In this document: positions 22,401-29,573 of the stretch, one piece after another
Position numbering within the stretch: position 1 is the stretch's first letter
Layout: every line of letters begins with the position of its first letter
Origin: Bacteroidales bacterium
Lineage (GTDB): Bacteria > Bacteroidota > Bacteroidia > Bacteroidales > Marinilabiliaceae
Direction of reading: 5' to 3'
Assembly (NCBI GenBank): GCA_024401365.1
Contig: JAKSLE010000009.1
Span: forward strand, 61,818 to 125,817
Length of the DNA: 64,000 nucleotides
Program-made: the position numbers and the translations under genes
The notes under the pieces: generated by a model
What the model saw: only the letters and a program-made list of their open reading frames with translations
Told to the model about the DNA's origin: nothing
Database searches by the model: none

Positions 22401-22654
22401 TTGGTGAGAATGAGAAGGGAGACGATATTTTGAGGTCGTACGCTAGAGAGAACTGGCAAGAGCTCAATTATTATCTTTCGCTTGATGAGAGCAGGCTCAT
22501 AGCATCGCTCAGTGAGATGCAGATGAATGGCACTATATACTATCACCTGATGAGTATTGCCAAGCAATATGGCAGGACCGGTCTGATGGATGAGCTAGCA
22601 GTGATGTATGATGACAACATGCAGAAAGTTGAGTTCCTTATGGGAGAAGACTAG
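19412..22654 (+). CDS. DUF2723-family large membrane protein (putative glycosyltransferase)
   Basis: SFWDCGEFIA N-terminal signature, many TM helices, 1080 aa. Confidence 0.7.
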   Translation: MKQYNLWNNVCGWVAFLVSAITYILTTEDSASFWDCGEFIATANNLLVGHPPGAPFFMIIGRLFSIMAPDVTLIAKSVNIMSALCSAFTILFLFWTITHLARKVFVDDYKESDGTVAMWRVISVMGAGMVGALAYTFSDTFWFSAVEGEVYAMSSLFTAVVFWAILKWEVVADQPNANRWLILISYLIGLSIGVHLLNLLAIPAIGLVYYYKKYENPDAKGTLIALIVSAIVLGVILYGIIPGVVKIASLFELFFVNELGLHYNSGAIFYALLLVGLLIYGIWWAYQKKHVLAHTILTAVLVIIIGYSSFAMIVIRSVSNPTMDENSPEDVFSLMDYLNREQYGNRPLFFGETFASPIDYNDRDEGTPIYIQKNGRYEVMTYRPVNKYQANVLFPRMYSQSSDRHIREYKAWTNFKGRAVRVQNREGGWYNVQIPTFWENMQFFIKYQCNFMYWRYFMWNFSGRQNDIQSHGELTHGNWITGIPFIDNMMLGDQDLLPDSLKENKGNNKYYMLPFLLGLVGLFWQVKRGEKGKQGFFIVLMLFFLTGLAIVLYLNQTPLQPRERDYAYAGSFYAFAIWIGLGVLGIVEALKNIKVPAMPAAAVASVLSLLCVPCLMAQQNWDDHDRSGSTIARDIAYNYLNSCDENAIIFTNGDNDTFPLWYAQEVEHCRPDVRVCNLSYLQTAWYCDQMKRKAYDSDPLPISFTHDQYTGDRDVVYILDRVGGKSIELDLAMSFIASDDPKTKHLPELTPDRLCYLPASMLHMYVDKEAVAEKKLACNVDSMVIPINRSMLIKNDLLVLDMLNTTEWERPMYFAVTVGTENYVNLQKYFRLEGLAYRIAPYVDKAPKDLKDKRNTMSQVQVGTVATDKMYDIVMNKFRWGFFNKEGLYIDETKARMAYTTRSELGRLAEALIEEAEYAEKYNKFIVGNEELDLETFISRAPESAKEREPQDYIKSYAANRRMMASKVMEKVELEIPTNVAAHNFYSLSMAANHYRIGENEKGDDILRSYARENWQELNYYLSLDESRLIASLSEMQMNGTIYYHLMSIAKQYGRTGLMDELAVMYDDNMQKVEFLMGED

Positions 22655-22658
22655 AGAT

Positions 22659-23342
22659 ATGTCGTTCATTATACAACCATACGATATAGTAAGAAAACCC
22701 TATAGGCAATCCATTTGGAGGATGCCTGTAGGGTTTCCTTCTGATAGGCCCTCCTTGGCGTTGACCTTTGATGACGGACCTATACCAGAGCAGACGCCAT
22801 GGGTATTAGACATGCTGGACAAGTATGGGGTCAAGGCTACGTTTTTCTGTGTTGGAGACAATATCAGGAAGTATCCGGAAGTATTCAAGGAAGTTGTTTT
22901 AAGAGGGCATGCTGTAGGGAATCATACATTTCACCATGTACAACTGCTAAAGACCACTTGGAGAGATTATGTTGAAGAGATAAAGCTCTGCAAAGAAGAG
23001 GCGCTGCAGGTCTGTGGTGAGGTGCGTATGAATCTGTTCAGGGCTCCGCATGGGCAGATGACCCCCTGGAGATGTAGGGAACTTGTGGAAGGCAGTTCGG
23101 AAATTACCAAGCAATTGGGTATAGATAAACTAGTTTTTTGGGACGTTATGCCCAAGGATTATGACAAGAGACTGACGCCGCAAGAAGTACTAAAGAACGT
23201 GAAAGATTATGTGAGAGACGGGTCGGTAATAGTGATGCATGACAGTGTGAAGAGTGGGGAGAGGATGAGGTATGCGCTAGAAGGGACGTTAGAATGGGCT
23301 GTAGAGAATGGGTGGGAGATAGGTACTATTTCAAAATACTAG
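22659..23342 (+). CDS. Polysaccharide deacetylase (NodB homology domain), copy 1
   Basis: LTFDDGP and HAVGNHTFHH NodB motifs. Start placed at the ATG at 22659. Confidence 0.8.
   Translation: MSFIIQPYDIVRKPYRQSIWRMPVGFPSDRPSLALTFDDGPIPEQTPWVLDMLDKYGVKATFFCVGDNIRKYPEVFKEVVLRGHAVGNHTFHHVQLLKTTWRDYVEEIKLCKEEALQVCGEVRMNLFRAPHGQMTPWRCRELVEGSSEITKQLGIDKLVFWDVMPKDYDKRLTPQEVLKNVKDYVRDGSVIVMHDSVKSGERMRYALEGTLEWAVENGWEIGTISKY
22749..23342 (+). repeat. Left copy of 2327-bp-period direct duplication
   Basis: 22749-23111 is identical by eye to 25076-25438; the remainder is clearly diverged. Confidence 0.85.
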
Positions 23343-23743
23343 CAAGAGAATGGGAGATGTGGGCGGTAGCGCGAAGGCTTGTTTTGGGAGATTTTTACCC
23401 ATGTAGGGGGTAAAATATCGGATAATTATACCTGTAGAGGGGGTAAAATCTCCGAATGTTGTATGATTAGCATATTATAAGGACACATTATGGAGCAGAG
23501 CGAAGTTATGTATAAAGAGAAAAATGTTGCAAGGTTATGAATGCGTATCCAGAGATAAATATATAGGGTTAGAGTGAGCTCCGCTTACGGAGGAAACGGT
23601 ATGGGTATTAGAGAATGGTATGGAGTAGTAACAGAGGAAACTATATGCTACGTACCGTAATTTCTTCAGAGATGTCAAAGGAGTGCAAGGGTAGTTGGCT
23701 GAGGAAGAGGTTGTGACTGATTTTTGCTAATTCGAAATAATGC

Positions 23744-23751
23744 TATATTTG
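23744..23751 (+). promoter_or_regulatory. Candidate -7 box TATATTTG with TTTG at 23723-23726
   Basis: Matches TAnnTTTG, 25 nt upstream of the start codon at 23776. Confidence 0.45.
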
Positions 23752-23775
23752 TAAAAAATATAAACACGTTAATAT

Positions 23776-24915
23776 ATGAAATACATTGCACTTTTAGCTC
23801 TTATGATGGTATTGTCATGTGTTTGCTTTGCCCAAGGCGTATTCAAGATGAAAGGCACTTTAGATGGTGTGAAAAACGACTCGCTAGTAGTCGAATACAG
23901 GCAATACGAGCCAGTAGACTCGTTGTATATCAAGACGATAGCTGTAAGGAACGGCAAATTCAAATACAAGGCAAAAACTCAATTCGCATGTCTGGCAGTT
24001 ATGCACCTCAAGTCGAAGCCACGCGTGGAGCTGACTTTTTATGTCGTTCCGGGAGAAGAGGCTATTTTCAGCGGCAAATTAATCGATGAAGAAGCACACT
24101 GGGACGGCACAGAATTCTTTAAGCAATACCAAAGGCTTGAAGACCAGTTAAATCCGCTCAGAATGGAATATGATGTCATCCGGAAAGAGAAAAGAGAGGC
24201 ATTAGAAGCCGGCGTAGATATGGCAACAGCGGACAGCATAATGAGGACAAAGAATTTTGTGGTGGCCGATAAATGGATGAACATACTTCTGAAGCGTATC
24301 GAAGAGCATCCGGACGAAGATGCGACAGCAACGGACTTGTTTGCGTTGGGAATAGACTTCGACCTTGACACTATAGTGACTAAATTCACTCCGGAAGTAA
24401 GAAACGGCAGAATGAGACTGGTTATTGACAAGGCTATAGCAAATACAAAAAAACTCAAAACACAAATAGCTGCACACAAAGCAGTAGGCAACGACACAAT
24501 AGCGTTTGGCGATCTTGCACCAGAACTTGGGCTCAAGAACCCACATGGCGACACGCTGAAACTCGCATCGCTAAGAGGCAAATACGTCATACTCGACTTC
24601 TGGGGTTCGTGGTGTACGTGGTGCATCAAGGGATTTCCGAAACTGAAAGAGTATTACACAACACATAGAGACCGCATAGAGATAGTAGGTATCGACTGCA
24701 ACGACACGAAAGAGAAATGGGAGGCAGCCATCGAGAAGCATGAGATACCATGGCTGAACGTCAGAAGTGAAGATGCAACGACCGAAATGAGATATAATGT
24801 CAAAGGATATCCTTTCAAGGTCATTATATCGCCTAAGGGAGAAAAACTCAAGTCATTTCTTGGCGACGACGATGAAATTTTCACCTATCTGGACGAACTG
24901 CTCGCGACTAAGTGA
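23776..24915 (+). CDS. TlpA-family thiol:disulfide oxidoreductase lipoprotein
   Basis: Signal peptide with Cys, and the thioredoxin motif FWGSWCTWC. Confidence 0.8.
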   Translation: MKYIALLALMMVLSCVCFAQGVFKMKGTLDGVKNDSLVVEYRQYEPVDSLYIKTIAVRNGKFKYKAKTQFACLAVMHLKSKPRVELTFYVVPGEEAIFSGKLIDEEAHWDGTEFFKQYQRLEDQLNPLRMEYDVIRKEKREALEAGVDMATADSIMRTKNFVVADKWMNILLKRIEEHPDEDATATDLFALGIDFDLDTIVTKFTPEVRNGRMRLVIDKAIANTKKLKTQIAAHKAVGNDTIAFGDLAPELGLKNPHGDTLKLASLRGKYVILDFWGSWCTWCIKGFPKLKEYYTTHRDRIEIVGIDCNDTKEKWEAAIEKHEIPWLNVRSEDATTEMRYNVKGYPFKVIISPKGEKLKSFLGDDDEIFTYLDELLATK

Positions 24916-25075
24916 TTTCGTTGGTATCAGTGAAAAAAGAGTCATTATAAAGAAAAACGAAGCAACCTTCGCCCAAAGATTGCTTCGCCTTCACATTGAG
25001 AGAAACTTGTTGAAAACCTATTCCATACAGTTTCTACTATGACTACAGAGGATAGTTCTCTGTGTCGTAAAGCAC

Positions 25076-25669
25076 CCCTCCTTGGCGTTGACCTTTGATG
25101 ACGGACCTATACCAGAGCAGACGCCATGGGTATTAGACATGCTGGACAAGTATGGGGTCAAGGCTACGTTTTTCTGTGTTGGAGACAATATCAGGAAGTA
25201 TCCGGAAGTATTCAAGGAAGTTGTTTTAAGAGGGCATGCTGTAGGGAATCATACATTTCACCATGTACAACTGCTAAAGACCACTTGGAGAGATTATGTT
25301 GAAGAGATAAAGCTCTGCAAAGAAGAGGCGCTGCAGGTCTGTGGTGAGGTGCGTATGAATCTGTTCAGGGCTCCGCATGGGCAGATGACCCCCTGGAGAT
25401 GTAGGGAACTTGTGGAAGGCAGTTCGGAAATTACCAAGGGGTTGGATATAGAGAAATTGGTTTTTTGGGATGTAATGCCCAAGGACTATGACGGGAGATT
25501 AACGCCTAAAGAAGTTTTTGGCAATATAAAAAAGTATGTGAGGGATGGGTCGGTAATAGTTTTGCATGACAGTGTGAAGAGTGGGGAGAGGATGAGGTAT
25601 GCGTTAGAAGGGACGTTAGAATGGGCGATGGAGAATGGGTGGAAGGTGAGAGCGATTCCCAATACATAG
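25076..25669 (+). repeat. Right copy of the direct duplication
   Basis: See 22749-23342. Confidence 0.85.
25082..25669 (+). CDS. Polysaccharide deacetylase paralog, copy 2, lacking the N-terminal 32 aa of copy 1 (TTG start only; possibly a pseudogene)
   Basis: In-frame stop at 25040-25042 and no ATG before the TFDDGP motif. NodB motifs are intact. Confidence 0.5.
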   Translation: MALTFDDGPIPEQTPWVLDMLDKYGVKATFFCVGDNIRKYPEVFKEVVLRGHAVGNHTFHHVQLLKTTWRDYVEEIKLCKEEALQVCGEVRMNLFRAPHGQMTPWRCRELVEGSSEITKGLDIEKLVFWDVMPKDYDGRLTPKEVFGNIKKYVRDGSVIVLHDSVKSGERMRYALEGTLEWAMENGWKVRAIPNT

Positions 25670-25703
25670 CATACACCTATGCTGATACTATACAGCATAC
25701 TTG

Positions 25704-25718
25704 TTCATCGCAGTTTTT
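25704..25718 (+). repeat. Dispersed motif copy E (TTCATCGCAGTTTTT; about 25/30 match to copy A when extended upstream)
   Basis: Hand alignment of TATACAGCATACTTGTTCATCGCAGTTTTT against TATAGAGCATACGAGTTGGTCGCAGTTTTT. Confidence 0.5.
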
Positions 25719-25896
25719 GTTAGGGGTATTTGAGATAAAGAGGAACTATAGGAATATACAAGATTTTATTTGACCCATTAGCTCTAATATTATTAGTATA
25801 CGCAATGAACTTTTTGTAAAACAATTGCGTGAAATTATATCAATCATGTCAAATGTGCTTGTATTTTGACTGAAATGATATATATTTACGTCCGGT

Positions 25897-26652
25897 ATGA
25901 CAACATCTGAATTGATTATCAATTACGCAAATCTGCATAATGGTTCCTTTTCTCGAAGAGAACTGATGCAAAAACTAGCAGGTAGAGAAACAGGCATTAG
26001 CGAACATACACTAAGCCTTCAGCTCAATCGGCTCGTTTCTTCGCGTCTGTTAAGCAGAACAAGCAGAGGGCAGTATTCTCTGCCAACAGGCAGTTTGCCA
26101 GAGTTTCTTTATGAGCCATCGGAATGGGAATGTAATGTGTACAGGACTTTAAAGATAGATTATCCTTTGTTGGATTTCTGCATCTGGAGTCCGAGGTTGT
26201 TAAGTTCGTTCATGCTTCATGTCCCCAACATTGGTTATACCTTCGTAGATGTAGAGAAAGTGGGGATGGAGAGTGTCTTTTACTCCTTGCAACAGATTAT
26301 TACTGATAGGAACGTGCTGCTAGCCCCGTCAGCCGATGATTGCAATCGATACCTGACAGGCAGCAATGCTATAGTCGTTAGACAGTTGATAGGTCAGTCT
26401 CCTTTGACGATGGTGAACAACTGTAATGTGCCGAGGATTGAGAAGGTTTTGGTTGATGCTATCGGAGATAATGAACTTTTGTTCGCTGGAGGATCGGAGA
26501 TCTATAATATCTTCGAATACGCCTTTGAGCGCAATCAGGTAAATCGAAGCAAACTTCTCAGATATGCATCGAGACGAAATCGAAAAGAACAGGTAGAACA
26601 TATTATAAGCGTCATAACTCAAGATGATAAGTCCAAAAAGCAGATCGATTGA
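25897..26652 (+). CDS. AbiEi-like antitoxin / transcriptional regulator (type IV TA)
   Basis: N-terminal wHTH-like segment (FSRRELMQKL...SRGQYSL). Overlaps the downstream AbiEii-like gene by 29 nt. Confidence 0.55.
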   Translation: MTTSELIINYANLHNGSFSRRELMQKLAGRETGISEHTLSLQLNRLVSSRLLSRTSRGQYSLPTGSLPEFLYEPSEWECNVYRTLKIDYPLLDFCIWSPRLLSSFMLHVPNIGYTFVDVEKVGMESVFYSLQQIITDRNVLLAPSADDCNRYLTGSNAIVVRQLIGQSPLTMVNNCNVPRIEKVLVDAIGDNELLFAGGSEIYNIFEYAFERNQVNRSKLLRYASRRNRKEQVEHIISVITQDDKSKKQID

Positions 26653-27700
26653 ATGGATAAAAGAATGTTCTGGTCGTATAGGGGTGCATGATATTGCCTT
26701 AGTTGAAAAAACAATAAGAGCATTCTCTTTGCTTGAAGCGTTGGCTCGTTCTGGGTGTCCTTTCCTGTTCAAGGGAGGCAGTTCGTTGATGCTACACTTA
26801 AATACAAGCCGACGCCTTAGTATCGATATAGATATAATTTGTCCTCCTGGGACAAAGATTGAGGAATATCTGTCGGTATATTCAGCGGAGTATGGATTTG
26901 GACAAGTGGAGTTAGTAGAACGTGTGTCCCGAACCGATATTCAGAAGCAACATGCCAAGTTTTACTACGAAGTGTCATATCCAGGCAATGGTGGTCGTGA
27001 TAAGATTCTACTAGATGTTCTTTTTGAAGAGATACATTATAAAAACGTTGAAACGCTGCAAATTGAAAGTCCGCTTCTGATTAATACGGGGTCTCCTGTT
27101 TTGGTAAGTCTCCCGAGCAAAGAAGACTTGCTTGGTGATAAATTGACAGCCTTCGCCCCGCATACTACAGGTATTCCCTATTTCAAGGGGGAGAAGAAAT
27201 GCACGATGGAGATTATCAAACAGCTCTTCGATATTGCTTCGCTTTTCGACTTGGTGCAAGACCTCACGATTACTCGGCAGACTTTCCAGAAATTTGCGAC
27301 TGTAGAGCTTCAGTACCGTCATCTTGACCATTTGGATTTGAAACAAGTTCTGGATGACATTTACAATACGTCTCTTTGTCTCTGTCTTCGTGGAGTTCAG
27401 GATAAAGAAGAATTTATGCTATTACAGGATGGCGTTTCGCGAATCGGCAATTTCATTCATAGTGAAAAATACAACATTGAGTCAGCTATTGTCAATGCGT
27501 CAAAAGTTGCATATCTCAGTAAACTGATTGAATACGGAATTGAAGAAGTCAAACACTTTGACAAATCCATGTTAGAATCTGTGATTTCTGAGACACTGCA
27601 ACTACCAATGCATACCAAACTGAATAAACTGAAGAAGACTCTTGGAGAGGCATTTTTTTACTGGCTGGAAATACAGAAGATTGTAAAAGGGTGCGGTTAA
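26624..27700 (+). CDS. Nucleotidyltransferase AbiEii/AbiGii-family toxin
   Basis: FKGGSSLMLHL...RLSIDIDI matches the KGGTAL...S.DLD nucleotidyltransferase signature of the family. Confidence 0.7.
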   Translation: MISPKSRSIEWIKECSGRIGVHDIALVEKTIRAFSLLEALARSGCPFLFKGGSSLMLHLNTSRRLSIDIDIICPPGTKIEEYLSVYSAEYGFGQVELVERVSRTDIQKQHAKFYYEVSYPGNGGRDKILLDVLFEEIHYKNVETLQIESPLLINTGSPVLVSLPSKEDLLGDKLTAFAPHTTGIPYFKGEKKCTMEIIKQLFDIASLFDLVQDLTITRQTFQKFATVELQYRHLDHLDLKQVLDDIYNTSLCLCLRGVQDKEEFMLLQDGVSRIGNFIHSEKYNIESAIVNASKVAYLSKLIEYGIEEVKHFDKSMLESVISETLQLPMHTKLNKLKKTLGEAFFYWLEIQKIVKGCG

Positions 27701-27819
27701 GATTATTGGTATACACTATGAACTCTACTTTACAGGGAAAAAGTTTTATTTGGTTGCGAAAATACAGTTCGTAGGTGGTTTCTAGATTTGTGCCGTTATA
27801 AATTAATTGATTGACCATT

Positions 27820-28263
27820 ATGGCGAGAGTAGAAATCAGGTATAAATGTGTTATGGTTGCGCGAGAGGCGGCGAGGAGAGGCTCGAGGGCAAGAGAGACT
27901 GGGAGGAGTGTGTTTATTAAGCGCTACTATGGGAGTTACAGGTTATTAGAGGTAGAAGTCAGTGAGAAGCAGAGGAGTTGCAGGGATTTGTTTGCTGAGG
28001 CGCAGAAATTGGCTTCGAAAGAGATGAAGAAATGGAACAAGAAGCGGCATTGGGAGAGAAAGGCGAAGAAGTGTGGGGTGAAGGGAGCGCATAGGATGGC
28101 GGTGAGGGAGTTTTACAAGATGTTGAAAGAAGGTGGAGAGATGGTAGAAATCAAGCCTTTGAAAGAAAGAGAGAAGTTGTTGCAAGAGAAGAATACGTTC
28201 TATTTGGCAAGGTTTGACAGCGTTGAAAAGTACGGAGAAGAGCTGATGAGGCTGTGCGGGTAG
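27820..28263 (+). CDS. Small highly basic hypothetical protein
   Basis: 147-aa Arg/Lys-rich ORF on purine-rich DNA. No recognisable motif; coding status uncertain. Confidence 0.3.
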   Translation: MARVEIRYKCVMVAREAARRGSRARETGRSVFIKRYYGSYRLLEVEVSEKQRSCRDLFAEAQKLASKEMKKWNKKRHWERKAKKCGVKGAHRMAVREFYKMLKEGGEMVEIKPLKEREKLLQEKNTFYLARFDSVEKYGEELMRLCG

Positions 28264-28461
28264 AGGAGGATGAGTAGTGGGTCTAGTATGGCTAGGAGGA
28301 GCTAGGGGCTGTGGAGGGGAAGAGAGGTTGTGTGATTTCGGGGCAGATTGAGAAGGTTATGGGAGAGGGATGAAGGGGAAGAACAATTATAGGAATAGTC
28401 CGTATACGAACATAGAGTTCGGACGCGATATACAAATTTGCGTCGTTAATAAGAGAATACT

Positions 28462-29529
28462 ATGCCGGTAAATAAGAATGCGATGACTCGTTATCAGGTA
28501 CTAGACGAGTTATTGTCGAACAGGTACCATGATTATACGATTGACGACATGACCAGTATAGTCAATGAGCGATTGAAAGAGATGGGTATTAGTCCTGTTA
28601 CTCGTCGTTGTATAGAGAAGGATATTCATTATCTAGAGTATGATGGGCCGTACATGGCTGAGATAGAGCGTAATGATATGCCGTATTACAATGCTGAGAA
28701 AGAGAAGACTGTAATAAGGAGATATTTGAAGTATTCCGATCCATCGTATTCGATATTCAAGAAAGAGATGTCGAGCGATGAGAAATACCTTCTATCGCAG
28801 GCATTAGACTTGCTAGGTCAATTTGACGGACTACCTACATTTGAGGCGTTGCAGCAATTCAAAGAAGGGTTGCGAGTAGGGGATCACAGGCAGATTGTGT
28901 CGTTCACCAAGAATCCGTTGGAGAACAGCAATCTGTTTGGCGAGTTGTTTATTGCCATTTCGCAAAAGCAAGTCATAAGAGTACATTATCATAAGTTTGG
29001 CGAAGAAGACGTTGATTTGACGGCAGACCTTCATCCCTATTTTCTAAAAGAATATAACAGGAGGTGGTATATTTTTGGGCAGTTGGTAGAAGAAGACATG
29101 ATGATATGCTTTGCGCTAGACAGGATGAACGGCTTTGATCCATTGCCCGGGAAGCAATACAAAGAATTTGAGGGCGATATAAACGACTGGTTTGAGGATA
29201 TCATAGGGGTAACGAGGTATCCGGGCAAGCCGGTAGAGCATATTGTGTTTTGGGTCAGTGACAAGTCGAAGAGTTATGTAGTCACGAAGCCGATACATGA
29301 GTCGCAGAAGATGTACAAGGGGGAGAAAGAAGCTGCGATGAGGAGTAGGTATCCGATGCTTGAGGGGGGAATGTTTTTTTCGATAGACTGTATGGAGAAT
29401 TATGAGTTGTACAGTGTGATGCTGTCGTTTGGTGCGGAGCTGGTGGTGCTGGAGCCGGTGGGGGTGAGAGATGAGTTGCGTAAGAGGGTAGAGAAGATGA
29501 TGGAGGTTTATGATGGAGTGCAAAGATAG
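28462..29529 (+). CDS. WYL-domain transcriptional regulator (HTH-WYL-WCX architecture)
   Basis: N-terminal MPVNKNAMTRYQVLDELL HTH-type start, central YNRRWYIFG WYL signature, 355 aa. Confidence 0.7.
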   Translation: MPVNKNAMTRYQVLDELLSNRYHDYTIDDMTSIVNERLKEMGISPVTRRCIEKDIHYLEYDGPYMAEIERNDMPYYNAEKEKTVIRRYLKYSDPSYSIFKKEMSSDEKYLLSQALDLLGQFDGLPTFEALQQFKEGLRVGDHRQIVSFTKNPLENSNLFGELFIAISQKQVIRVHYHKFGEEDVDLTADLHPYFLKEYNRRWYIFGQLVEEDMMICFALDRMNGFDPLPGKQYKEFEGDINDWFEDIIGVTRYPGKPVEHIVFWVSDKSKSYVVTKPIHESQKMYKGEKEAAMRSRYPMLEGGMFFSIDCMENYELYSVMLSFGAELVVLEPVGVRDELRKRVEKMMEVYDGVQR

Positions 29530-29573
29530 AGTTTTTGGTGAGTGAGAATGGTAATGTGTGATACGATGATTAA

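Noticed and set aside
24039-24629. 196-aa minus-strand ORF
   Set aside because: It is antisense to the TlpA-like gene (WCxxC motif, signal peptide). The Ser-rich translation is typical of a shadow frame.
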